Below are positions 37,474-47,350 of a stretch of 64,000 nt of DNA, piece after piece. A program made the translations under genes and the position numbers. Location of the stretch: contig JBHGBI010000002.1 in NCBI GenBank assembly GCA_041946925.1, forward strand, positions 3,299-67,298. The letters are read 5' to 3'. The notes under the pieces were generated by a model. The model was not told the DNA's origin and ran no database searches. It saw nothing but the letters and a program-made list of their open reading frames with translations. Position 1 is the stretch's first letter; the number at the start of each line of letters is the position of its first letter. This stretch comes from Syntrophales bacterium. Lineage in GTDB: Bacteria; Desulfobacterota; Syntrophia; Syntrophales; UBA4778.

Positions 37474-37693
37474 ATAACGCCTGTTTGCAGGGCTCCGGTG
37501 CTTCCGGATCCGCCTTGGCGTTTAGAGATTCAGGGTGTTCTCCTGCCATGAATTTTTCTTTCGATCCGCTTTGATTAGATCATTCCGGGGAGGGGCCAGT
37601 CGACGGAATGAATCCGGTTTTTGCATCGGATGCCAAATAAAAAAGGAAGACGTTGGAATTCCTGGAATTTTTTAGAAAGGAGTGCGCCGAGAA

Positions 37694-40600
37694 ATGGATG
37701 TCAGCAGAAGAGGTTTTTTAAAGATCTCCGGTGCGGCGTTGATGGCGAGCGGGATCGGGATTAATCTCAAGCCGGTCTCCGCCCATGCGCAGCCCCTGAA
37801 GATCAAGTATACCAAAGAGACCACGACAGTCTGCCCATACTGCTCTGTTGGATGCGGCATCATTGTTTCGACAAGGGATGGCAAGGTCATCAACACGGAA
37901 GGCGATCCCGATCATCCCATCAGCCGCGGTTCTTTGTGCTCGAAGGGCGGATCCTTGTATCAGATGGCTGTCAATTCAAACCGGCTGACCAAACCCCTTT
38001 ACAGGGCTCCCTACGCTGCTGAGTGGCAGGAAGTCTCGTGGGAATGGGCGGTCGAAAAAATAGCGCGCAATATCAAATCAAGCCGCGACAAGAGCTTCAA
38101 GTTCAAAAACGCCAAGGGTGAGACTGTGAACCGGACGGAGGGGATTGCTTCCGTTGGCAGCGCCGCCATGGATAATGAGGAATGTTTCATTTATCAAAAA
38201 TTCTTGAGGGGGTTGGGTCTGGTCTATATTGAACACCAGGCCCGTATCTGACACAGCGCTACTGTAGCGGCTCTGGCAGAGTCGTTCGGACGCGGCGCGA
38301 TGACGAATCATTATATTGATTTTCAGAACAGCGACGTGATTTTGATTATGGGGTGCAACCCCGCTTCCAACCATCCGATTTCTTTCAAATGGATAACGAA
38401 ATCCATGGAAAAAGGTGGAAAATTGATATGCGTGGATCCTCGATACACACAATCAGCCGCCAAAGCGCATATCTACGCCCCGCTCAGGTCCGGAACGGAT
38501 ATTGCCTTCCTGGGCGGAATGATCAAGTACATTCTCGATAACAATCTTTATGAAAATGAATATGTATTGAACTATACGAATGCCTCTTTTCTCGTGAACC
38601 CGGCTCTGAAGCTGCCCGGTGACAACAACGGCGTCTTTTCCGGCCTCGAGGGGGGCAAGTACGACAAGTCCACCTGGTCTTACCAGACGGGTGGAGGCGG
38701 CGTGATAAGGAAAGATCCGACACTGAAAGACCCCCATTGTGTTTTCCAGCTTCTGAAGAAACAATACTCCCGTTACAACCTCGATATCGTTTCCAGGATT
38801 ACCGGAACACCCAAAGAAAAACTGGTTGAAGTCTATAAAGAATATGCGAAGACGGGTGTACCCGGGAAATCGGGGAATATTCTGTATGCAATGGGCTGGA
38901 CCCAGCATACTGTTGGGGTTCAGAATATCCGGGCAATGTGTATCGTACAGCTCCTTCTGGGCAATATGGGGATCGCCGGAGGTGGCGTGCAGGCTCTGAG
39001 GGGCGAATCCAATGTTCAGGGCTCGACCGATCACGGGCTTCTCTATCATATTTGGCCCGGCTATCTGGGGACCCCTGCGGCTTCCATGCCGACCTTGAAA
39101 GCCTATAATGAAAAGAGGACGCCGACCACCAAGGAAAAGAACAGCCTTAACTGGTGGAAAAACTTCCCGAAATATTCGGCCAGCTTCCTGCGCTCGATGT
39201 ACGGGATGAATGCGACACTTGACGAAGCGTACAATCTTTTGCCCAAGGTGGATGACGGCGAGAATTATTCCTGGCTCGTCCTCTTCGACCGCATGTATAA
39301 GAATCAGTTTACAGGTTTTTTTGCCTGGGGAATGAACCCTGCGGCGAGCGGTGCACATTCCAATAAAGTAAGACAAGCCCTGGCAAAACTCGATTGGATG
39401 GTCAATGTCAACCTGTTCGATAATGAGACAGGCTCGTTCTGGAGAGGACCCGGCATGGACCCCGCTAAGGTCAAGACCGAGGTTTTCATGCTTCCCTGCG
39501 CCGCATCGCTGGAGAAAGAAGGGAGCATTTCCAACAGCGGCCGCTGGATGCAGTGGCGTTACAAGGCCGTCAATCCCCCTGGTGAAGCTCAGGCCGATGC
39601 GGAAATCATATCCGAGCTTTTCTATAAAGTGAAAGATCTTTATGAAAAGGAAGGAGGTCCCCTGAAGGAGGCTGTAACGAAGCTCACCTGGAATTACGGG
39701 CCAAAAGATCTTTCCGGGCGCGTAAAGACGATTGACCCCAATTATATCGCCAAGGAGATCAACGGTTATTTCTTGGCGGATAAGAAGATCGAGAATCCGA
39801 CCAAGAAAGGCGAGTTCAAGGAATTCAAGAAAGGTGATCTCGTCCCCTCGTTTGCATGGCTTCAGGATGACGGATCGACATCATCGGGCTGTTGGATTTA
39901 TTGTAATTCCTATACGGACGCCGGCAATATGGCCGCAAGGCGCGGCACTAAAGACCGCTCCGGAATCGGTTTGTATTCAGAGTGGGCGTGGTCCTGGCCG
40001 GTAAATCGCAGGATCATATACAACGGCGCATCCGTTGACTTGAAGGGAATCCCCTGGGATAAGAAGCGTCCGGTTATTATCTGGGACGGCGCCAAGTGGA
40101 CGGGGGATGTCCCGGACGGTGCAGGCGATCCCGGCTCCGGAAGGCCGCCCTTCATCATGAAGCCCGACGGTGTGGCGAGCATCTACGGTCCGGGGCTTGC
40201 GGACGGACCTTTCCCGGAACACTATGAACCTCTCGAGTGTCCCGTGGAAAAGAATCTGCTGTCGCCGCAGAAAGTAAATCCCATTATACGCAGATTCGAC
40301 AAGCCGGGTGTCGGCACGGAGCTGGATGTAATTGCGAGCTGTGATCCGAGATTTCCGTTCATCTGCAGTACGTACCGGGTAAGCGAGCATTGGCAGACGG
40401 GCGTACTTACCCGGTGGTTGCCGTGGCTTGTCGAGATGCAACCGAGCATGTTTGTCGAGATCGGTTCCGATCTTGCGAAGGAAAAAGGAATCAAGAACGG
40501 TGAGATCGTGACTGTCAAGTCGGCCCGTGGCGAGGTGGAAGCCGTGGCGATCATCACGCCCAGACTGAAACCTTTCAACATCGATGGAAATTTGATTCAC

Positions 40601-40795
40601 ATGGTCGGCGTTCCTTGGCATTTCGGATGGGCGACAACTGCCACGCGTAAATACAACAAGAACGATAAGAAACCGGAAATCTTCACGTTCGGCGATTCCG
40701 CGAATCTTCTGACGCCGAGCGCGGGAGATCCCAATACGCATATACCGGAGAGCAAGGCCTTTATGGTCAATGTCGTAAAGAAGGGGGTGAAATAA
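37694..40795 (+). CDS. fdnG: formate dehydrogenase major subunit, selenocysteine-containing, Tat-exported (UGA 38249-38251 recoded)
   Basis: Track ORFs 37682..38251 and 38300..40795 are in the same frame (618 nt apart). Reading through the TGA gives EHQARI-U-HSATVAALAESFGRGAMTNHY, the canonical Sec/Cys active-site context of FdnG/FdhA. The N-terminus MDVSRRGFLK... matches the E. coli FdnG Tat signal. Total 1033 aa. Confidence 0.92.
38249..38295 (+). other. selenocysteine UGA codon plus candidate SECIS stem-loops
   Basis: TGA at 38249-38251. Downstream CGCUA-CUG-UAGCG (38257-38269) and GGCUC-UGGCA-GAGUC (38269-38283) can form hairpins at roughly the spacing where bacterial SECIS elements sit. 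The fold has not been computed. Confidence 0.55.
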
Positions 40796-41599
40796 ATGCC
40801 GGAAAAAATCAAACTCTACGACGATTCGAAATGCACGGCATGCAGGGGCTGCCAGTTGGCCTGTAAGCAGTGGAACGGCCTGAAAGCGAAGCAGACGGTT
40901 AACAGCGGGTCTTATCAGAATCCGCCCGGGCTTCAGCCGAATACATATATGCTTATACGTTTCCAGGACGTGGCTGATGATAAAGGCGCCGTTAAGTGGC
41001 TGTTCAGGAAAGAGGCCTGTATGCACTGCACGGAAGCTGCATGTGTTATGGCCTGTCCTACCGGGGCGCTGTATTATAACAACGACTTCAAAATTGTCGG
41101 CCTGAACCGCGAAAAGTGTATAGGATGCAAGAATTGCGTCGCATCCTGCCCGTTTGAAGTACCCAAATATGATCATGAAACGGACAAGGTGTATAAATGC
41201 GATATGTGTGAGAGCAGAATCATGAACGGTCTGGAGCCTGCCTGTGTAAAAGCCTGTCCGACCGGTGCCCTCAAATGGGGGGATAAAGCCGACATGATGA
41301 AGATCGCCGCCGCAAGGGTAAAGGAACTCGGCGAATCCGCTTCGGTTTACGGAGACAAGTTCGTCGGCGGCACACATCTGATGTATGTCCTGCAGGAGAA
41401 GCCGTCGGTGTATGCGGAATTGAAGCAGGATCCTCATGTTCCGTATTCCGTGCTTGCCTGGAAGAGCTGGCTGAAACCTCTCAGTCTGCTTGCAGCCGGG
41501 GGCGTCATCGGCGGGTCGTTCCTGCATTATATTATCCACGGGCCCAAAACCCCTGATGAAGACGACAACCAGGTCAATAAGGCGGAAGGGGGTAAGTAA
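40796..41599 (+). CDS. fdnH: formate dehydrogenase iron-sulfur (beta) subunit
   Basis: Four ferredoxin-type Cys clusters (CTACRGCQLAC, CMHCTEAAC, CIGCKNCVASC, CDMCESR...C). C-terminal TM anchor. The ATG abuts the fdnG stop. Confidence 0.92.
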   Translation: MPEKIKLYDDSKCTACRGCQLACKQWNGLKAKQTVNSGSYQNPPGLQPNTYMLIRFQDVADDKGAVKWLFRKEACMHCTEAACVMACPTGALYYNNDFKIVGLNREKCIGCKNCVASCPFEVPKYDHETDKVYKCDMCESRIMNGLEPACVKACPTGALKWGDKADMMKIAAARVKELGESASVYGDKFVGGTHLMYVLQEKPSVYAELKQDPHVPYSVLAWKSWLKPLSLLAAGGVIGGSFLHYIIHGPKTPDEDDNQVNKAEGGK

Positions 41600-41601
41600 A
41601 A

Positions 41602-42252
41602 ATGAAGAAAGGATTGATTAAAGCGACGGATGCATTTGAAAGGGTCGTGCACTGGGCTCTGGCGATTTCCTGTATGATCCTGTTTATCACCGGTCTTGGC
41701 ATGATGTTCCACTCTTTCAACTTTATCGGCACGGTCATGGGTGGCATGAGGATTCTCAAGTACGTACATAACTTTACGGGTATCTTCTTTGCTGTATCGC
41801 TTGCCGTAGCTGTACGCATGTGGTGGAAAGAGGCAGGCAAATTTGAAATGCCGGAAGATATCGATTGGATGAAAGCGGCAGGGGGGTACCTTTGGCATGT
41901 AGAAAAAGTTCCCGAAGTGGGTAAGTACAATCCGGGACAGAAGGCATTCTTCCTGGCTGTCGCGGTTTTTGGTGCCATTATGTTCGTTACAGGCATATTA
42001 ATGTGGTTCCAGCCGTTTTCACCGGGTCTTATTGTCTTATCCTATCCCCTGCATGCTCTCGGTTTCGTGATCCTGTTTGCTTTCTTCTTTGTGCATCTCT
42101 ATCTGGGGACCGTCGGTTCGCCGGGTTCAGCGCCTGCCATGTTCAGTGGATGGGTGACCCGGGCCTGGGCGAAGAAGCAGCATCCCCGATGGTTGCGGGA
42201 GATGGAGGAATCAGGCCGTCTGGAGGTATACGGCGAGGAGAAAAAAGGTTGA
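41602..42252 (+). CDS. fdnI: formate dehydrogenase cytochrome b (gamma) subunit
   Basis: 216 aa with four TM helices carrying His ligands (RVVHWAL..., YVHNF...). Starts 2 nt after fdnH. Confidence 0.88.
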   Translation: MKKGLIKATDAFERVVHWALAISCMILFITGLGMMFHSFNFIGTVMGGMRILKYVHNFTGIFFAVSLAVAVRMWWKEAGKFEMPEDIDWMKAAGGYLWHVEKVPEVGKYNPGQKAFFLAVAVFGAIMFVTGILMWFQPFSPGLIVLSYPLHALGFVILFAFFFVHLYLGTVGSPGSAPAMFSGWVTRAWAKKQHPRWLREMEESGRLEVYGEEKKG

Positions 42253-42393
42253 TGCTCATTCAACCCGTTAATAAGGCTAAGGGTACAAGACCGATGGCAA
42301 AAGGAAGAAAGAGACTCTCAATTTGTTTACTTCGCCCTGAGTCTTTAGCCCTTTGCTTGTAGTAGTGCTTTTTGCAAAGCCTTCGCTTTTTCC

Positions 42394-42421
42394 GGCCTGC
42401 CCTCATGGGCAGGCCTTTTTT
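42394..42421 (+). terminator. rho-independent terminator of fdnGHI
   Basis: Perfect 9-bp GC-rich stem GGCCTGCCC / GGGCAGGCC with loop TCAT, followed by TTTTTT. Confidence 0.8.
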
Positions 42422-42611
42422 AATCCTTTCCTTCCTATTGCTTATTTTTTATAATCATTCAATCTCACGTCTTTCGTGTCCAGGAATACTTTTTTCCCCG
42501 GTTTTGCCCAAATTGAGAATCAGCCATGAACCACGGTTTCACGGAAGCGGGAATTTTTTAGGGCGATACTTTTAAGATACAGAAAATATTATTATAATAG
42601 GTAATCGCATA

Positions 42612-43784
42612 ATGAAGAAGATAGTTATTTCCAGGACTGCCGACCGGAAAATCGAAACCTTTTTCCCCTGGATCTATGAAAATGAGATCAGAAAGCGGCC
42701 GGGGGAAGTCCGCAGAGGAGAGCTTGTCGAAATTTATTCGCTGTCCAATGAGTTTCTGGGTACAGGCTATTTCAACCCCCAGAGTGTAATCTGCGTCAGA
42801 ATGCTGTCTTTCGATAGGGAACCGGTCAATAAAGATCTGTTCAGGAAGAGGATATTGAAAGCCGCCGTGTTCCGACAGAAAATCATCAAGAATACAAATG
42901 CATACCGGATTATTCACTCGGAAGCGGACGAATTGCCCGGATTGATTGTAGATTATTACGACGGCTATCTTGCCTTGCAGATAAATACGGCAGGCATGGA
43001 AAACTGGAGAGAGGCCATTATTGAATCACTTGTGGAGGTCCTTCATCCGAAGGGGATTTATGAAAAATCGGATGAGCGGTCGAGGATGCTGGAAGGCATT
43101 GAAACTTCGGAAAAGGTGATTCACGGCACTCTTCCCGAGAAGATATTGATTACGGAAAATGGAGTTAGGTTCTCCGTTCGACTGAAAGACAGCCAGAAGA
43201 CGGGATTCTATCTGGACCAGAGGAAAAACAGGGCCGCTGTTTCCAGGTATGTGGAGAAAGGATTTTCTGTTCTGGATGTATTCTCCAATACAGGCGGATT
43301 CGGAATCTATGCCGCCATCAGGGGTGCGGACAGGGTTCGGCTTGTGGATATCTCACAGTCCGCCCTGGAGCAGGCGAGGGAGAACGCCGCCTTGAACGGG
43401 TTGGAAAAAATAGAGACGATCAGGGCAGACGCATTTGATTTTCTGACAGAGTTGCCCGGTTCGGCAGATCGATTCGACATGATTGTACTGGACCCCCCAT
43501 CATTCACAAAAACAAAGCAGGGGAAAATAGGCGCCCTGAAAGGATTCAGGCATCTTGTCCTGAACAGTCTGAGAATTTTGAAGCCGGGCGGCTATCTTGC
43601 CGTATTTTCCTGTTCCCACCATGTTTCCATGGAGGACCTGAAAAATGCCTTGCTGGAAGTATCAGGACAAAGTCGTGTGCGGCTGGATATTCAGGAGCAC
43701 CTTTTTCAGGACCTCGATCATCCTGTCATTCTCAATGTCCCCCAATCCCTGTATCTGAAAGGATTGCTTCTGAAAGCGTGTTGA
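42612..43784 (+). CDS. rlmI: 23S rRNA (cytosine-C5) methyltransferase RlmI-like (PUA + class I MTase)
   Basis: 390 aa. N-terminal PUA-like region, SAM motif VLDVFSNTGGFG, and catalytic DPPSF. Confidence 0.88.
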   Translation: MKKIVISRTADRKIETFFPWIYENEIRKRPGEVRRGELVEIYSLSNEFLGTGYFNPQSVICVRMLSFDREPVNKDLFRKRILKAAVFRQKIIKNTNAYRIIHSEADELPGLIVDYYDGYLALQINTAGMENWREAIIESLVEVLHPKGIYEKSDERSRMLEGIETSEKVIHGTLPEKILITENGVRFSVRLKDSQKTGFYLDQRKNRAAVSRYVEKGFSVLDVFSNTGGFGIYAAIRGADRVRLVDISQSALEQARENAALNGLEKIETIRADAFDFLTELPGSADRFDMIVLDPPSFTKTKQGKIGALKGFRHLVLNSLRILKPGGYLAVFSCSHHVSMEDLKNALLEVSGQSRVRLDIQEHLFQDLDHPVILNVPQSLYLKGLLLKAC

Positions 43785-43911
43785 TGTATAAGATTCCGGG
43801 TATCAATGCATCGGGCATTACATTTGCACTGCGATGCCTTTGATAAGCGCTTCCGATGGGAATGCGCCCCAGCGCAACAACTGCCAGCAGAGCTATGTCA
43901 GGAGGTCAAAT

Positions 43912-45405
43912 ATGGAAGGTGTAAATAAAAGTAAAAAGACTTTTTTTATTTTCTGGTTCGTTTTTCTGATCGGATTCTTTTTTGTTTCCATTGCAGGCGT
44001 GTTGCACTTCTCGTTTGCGGCTGCCAAGCCTTCAGCGAAACCGTCTGTGACCATGCTGTCGAAAGAGAATCCGGGCACACCGCTTTCCTTTGCCGACCTT
44101 GCGGATAAAGTCAAGCCGGCGGTTGTCAATATCAGCACGACAAAAATCATCAAAACAGGCGGCAGGCAGCAATACGGCTCGCCGTTTGGCGATGAATTCT
44201 TTGACAGGTTTTTTGGAGGCGAGGATTTTTTCCGGAGATTCTTCGGGGATATTCCCCAGAGGGAATTCAAACAACGGAGTCTCGGTTCCGGCTTCATTAT
44301 TACAAAGGACGGCTACATATTCACAAACAATCACGTTATTGAAAAGGCCGATAAGATCAAAGTCAAGCTTTCCAACGGGAAGGAATTCGATGCCAAGGTC
44401 ATAGGTAGAGATGCAAAGACAGATATAGCTCTTATCAAGATCCAGCCAGCAGGCAGTCTTCCTGTAGTCGAATTGGGCGATTCCGACAGGCTTCGGGTAG
44501 GGGATTGGGTTGTGGCGATAGGCAATCCCTTCGGCCTCGAACAGACGGTAACTGCCGGCATTGTGAGTGCTAAGGGACGGGTGATCGGCTCCGGTCCATA
44601 CGATAATTTTATCCAGACGGACGCTTCCATCAACCCGGGCAACAGCGGCGGTCCTCTCTTTAATCTCGAGGGGAAGGTTATCGGGATCAACACGGCCATT
44701 GTCGCTCACGGCCAGGGGATCGGTTTTGCAATCCCGATCAATATGGCAAAGGATATTCTCGGCGATCTCAAATCAAAGGGCAAAGTCACCCGGGGGTGGC
44801 TGGGAGTATCCGTCCAGGATATCACTGACGATATAGCAAGCAGCCTGAAACTGCGCGACAAAGAAGGGGCGCTGATCGGAGATGTCGTAAAGGGAGACCC
44901 GGCGGATAAAGCGGGATTGAAAACAGGCGATATTATTGTTGAGATCGACGGGAAGAAAATTCATGACACCCATGAGTTATTGAGGATTGTCGCGGCCCTT
45001 CCGGTGGGCAAGAAGGTTGATGTAAAGGCGATAAGAGACGGGAAAATCCTGACCTTTCCACTGGTTATAGCGGAGCGCAGCGACCAGAAGGAAGTGGCCG
45101 GGTTAAGGACGAGGAACGGGGAGTACTTCGGCATGTCTGTTCAGGAGATTACGCCCCAGATGGCGGAGTACCTCGGCTTGTCCGAAAAATCGGGCGTCAT
45201 CGTCACCAGCGTGAGGGAGGGGAGCCCTGCGGATGAAGCCGGCGTGAAGCCGCAGGATATTATTATGCAGGTCAACAAGGTGCGGATATCCTCCTTGAAA
45301 GATTATAATAGAGAAATGTCCAAGAAGGGGGCGGCTGATACGGCGCTTCTGCTGATCAAGAGAGGAAGATCTACTTACTATATTGTTTTGCGAAAAGATC
45401 AATAG
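43912..45405 (+). CDS. degP: Do/HtrA-family periplasmic serine endoprotease
   Basis: ATG 43912 lies 6 nt after GGAGG. Has an N-terminal anchor, catalytic TNNHV...D...GNSGGPL, and two PDZ domains. Confidence 0.93.
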   Translation: MEGVNKSKKTFFIFWFVFLIGFFFVSIAGVLHFSFAAAKPSAKPSVTMLSKENPGTPLSFADLADKVKPAVVNISTTKIIKTGGRQQYGSPFGDEFFDRFFGGEDFFRRFFGDIPQREFKQRSLGSGFIITKDGYIFTNNHVIEKADKIKVKLSNGKEFDAKVIGRDAKTDIALIKIQPAGSLPVVELGDSDRLRVGDWVVAIGNPFGLEQTVTAGIVSAKGRVIGSGPYDNFIQTDASINPGNSGGPLFNLEGKVIGINTAIVAHGQGIGFAIPINMAKDILGDLKSKGKVTRGWLGVSVQDITDDIASSLKLRDKEGALIGDVVKGDPADKAGLKTGDIIVEIDGKKIHDTHELLRIVAALPVGKKVDVKAIRDGKILTFPLVIAERSDQKEVAGLRTRNGEYFGMSVQEITPQMAEYLGLSEKSGVIVTSVREGSPADEAGVKPQDIIMQVNKVRISSLKDYNREMSKKGAADTALLLIKRGRSTYYIVLRKDQ

Positions 45406-45460
45406 GGGAGAGTTACTCCCGAAACAGTTCTGAATTCAGCGTTCTTAAAGCCCGGGTGCA

Positions 45461-45493
45461 GCAGGGCAGCTTTTTCAGTGCCCTGCTTTTTTT
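45461..45493 (+). terminator. rho-independent terminator after degP
   Basis: 8-bp stem GCAGGGCA / TGCCCTGC with a 10-nt loop, followed by TTTTTTT. Confidence 0.75.
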
Positions 45494-45511
45494 ATATGGT
45501 AAAGAATTTAG

Positions 45512-46189
45512 ATGAAAATTGACCGGAAGCTTCTGGAAATCTATAATCTATTACATGCTCATTTCGGAGATCAGGGCTGGTGGCCAGCCGATTCGCCTTT
45601 CGAAGTTATCGTGGGTGCCATTCTGACTCAGAATACAAGCTGGGCGAATGTGGAAAAGGCGATCTGGAATCTGAAATCCGCAGGGCTGCTCACACCCGGC
45701 GCTCTGCGGCGGATCGAAGTCCGGAGGCTCGCGGAGCTCATCCGGCCCAGCGGGTATTACAACATCAAAACGGTGCGTCTTAAGAATTTTTTGAATTTCC
45801 TCGAGGAAGAGTACTGTTCCGACCTGGAGCGGATGTTTGCGGAGGATGGCCATATCCTGAGAAGAAAACTACTGGCTGTCAAGGGGATCGGTCCTGAGAC
45901 GGCGGACAGCATTCTCCTTTATGCGGGGAACAAGCCGGTTTTCGTTGTCGATGTATACACGCGAAGAATTCTTGAACGGCACCGGGTGATCAGAGAGGGG
46001 CTCGGTTATGAGGAGATTCAGAGCCTGTTCATGGACAATCTGCCTGCATCCGCCGAACTTTTCAATCAGTACCATGCCCTGATCGTAAATGCGGGGAAAA
46101 GTTTCTGCAGAAAGAGACCGCGGTGCGGGTCGTGTCCTTTGGGAGACGCCTTGAAAAAAGATTGCTGGACACGGGACGTATCCTCATGA
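45512..46189 (+). CDS. endonuclease III-related HhH-GPD protein
   Basis: HhH motif LLAVKGIGPETADSILLY and a C-terminal Cys cluster CRKRPRCGSCPL. Confidence 0.85.
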   Translation: MKIDRKLLEIYNLLHAHFGDQGWWPADSPFEVIVGAILTQNTSWANVEKAIWNLKSAGLLTPGALRRIEVRRLAELIRPSGYYNIKTVRLKNFLNFLEEEYCSDLERMFAEDGHILRRKLLAVKGIGPETADSILLYAGNKPVFVVDVYTRRILERHRVIREGLGYEEIQSLFMDNLPASAELFNQYHALIVNAGKSFCRKRPRCGSCPLGDALKKDCWTRDVSS

Positions 46190-47247
46190 TGGGACTATAT
46201 GATTATTCAGGCGTTATTCACTTCCATTCCGAATATTCCCATGACGGGCGTGTGTCGATACCGGATATCCTGAAAGCGGCCCGGAAGAACGGGGTCGACT
46301 TCCTGATGCTGACTGACCACGAGCATCTCCGGGCGAAGAAAGCCGGAGAAGAGGGCTGGCACGGAAAGACTCTCTTGATTGTCGGCGAGGAAATCAGTCC
46401 GCAGCAGTTCAACCACTACCTCGTATTCGGCCTTTCCGAACCCCTCGGTGAAACAGTGAGCGGAGACCATTATCATCAGGACCTCATCAATCGCGTCCGA
46501 GACAGCGGCGGGATCGGTTTCATAGCCCACCCGGACCACGAGGGCACAAAAATGTTTCACGTGAAACAATATGCATGGATGAATTGGGCGGTCTCGGGCT
46601 ACTGCGGGATGAGTATCTGGGATTTTATGACTGACTGGCAGTCTTCCCTGAAGGGGTACTGGAGCGGCTTTCTGGGCTATCTGTTTCCCGCTCTAGTCCT
46701 GAAAGGGCCGAAGCGGGTGACTCTTGAGAGATGGGATCGGCTTAATCGGACGGAGAAAGTCGTGGGGATCGGGGAGCTGGACAATCATGATACGCCGCAT
46801 AATATCCTGGGTATCACTTTCAGCGTATTTCCTTTTCGCAGGGCCTTCCGTTTCGTCAGGACACATATCCTGACGGAGATACCGATGACCGGGAATAAAG
46901 ATGCTGATATTAAAACCGTCTACGATTCTCTACGGGCGGGGCGTGCTTATGCCACCCTGGCCTATTGGGGAAGTTCCAAGGGCTTCGGCTTTTTTGTTTC
47001 CGACGGCGAGAAATCGGCGACGACGGGCGGAGAATTCGTGCTCCGGGACCAGGCAACCATCAAGGTAATGGTGCCGGACCATGCCCGGATACGCGTTTTC
47101 AGGAACGGCGGTCTTTATCTGGAGGGGACAGGCCGGACCCTGGAGGGGCGGATAGTAGAAGAGGGCGTATACAGGACGGAATGCTTTATCCGCCGCTTCG
47201 GAAAAGAGCGCCCCTGGATATTTTCCAATCCGATATATGTTAAATAA
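46186..47247 (+). CDS. PHP-domain (CehA/McbA-like) metallohydrolase
   Basis: The N-terminal IHFHSEYSHDG is the PHP metal-binding motif, with further His/Asp motifs (LTDHEH, AHPDHEG). ATG 46186 overlaps the upstream stop (ATGA). Confidence 0.75.
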   Translation: MMGLYDYSGVIHFHSEYSHDGRVSIPDILKAARKNGVDFLMLTDHEHLRAKKAGEEGWHGKTLLIVGEEISPQQFNHYLVFGLSEPLGETVSGDHYHQDLINRVRDSGGIGFIAHPDHEGTKMFHVKQYAWMNWAVSGYCGMSIWDFMTDWQSSLKGYWSGFLGYLFPALVLKGPKRVTLERWDRLNRTEKVVGIGELDNHDTPHNILGITFSVFPFRRAFRFVRTHILTEIPMTGNKDADIKTVYDSLRAGRAYATLAYWGSSKGFGFFVSDGEKSATTGGEFVLRDQATIKVMVPDHARIRVFRNGGLYLEGTGRTLEGRIVEEGVYRTECFIRRFGKERPWIFSNPIYVK

Positions 47248-47350
47248 AGCCGACTTCGTACTGAACTCCCGCCGCCATCTTCGCGTTCTTCCACAAACAT
47301 TGAAGAAGGTTGAAAGCAAGTTGAACATTGCTGTGCGCACTAATTGCGGC

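Noticed and set aside
37682-40795. Reading the two FDH pieces as a frameshifted or nonsense pseudogene
   Set aside because: Both pieces share one frame. The single TGA falls exactly at the conserved Sec/Cys position. Hairpin-capable sequence follows it, and selA is nearby. Recoding is the better explanation.
39977-41539. 520-aa minus-strand ORF, along with 38453..39376 and 40222..40581
   Set aside because: They are antisense to fdnG/fdnH. Their composition is Arg/His/Pro-rich with no motifs, which is typical of shadow ORFs in GC-biased coding sequence.
42294-42362. 22-codon small ORF (MAKGRKRLSICLLRPESLALCL) between fdnI and its terminator
   Set aside because: It has no convincing RBS and nothing to indicate conservation. 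It is the tail of a longer out-of-frame track ORF, so chance is the more likely explanation.
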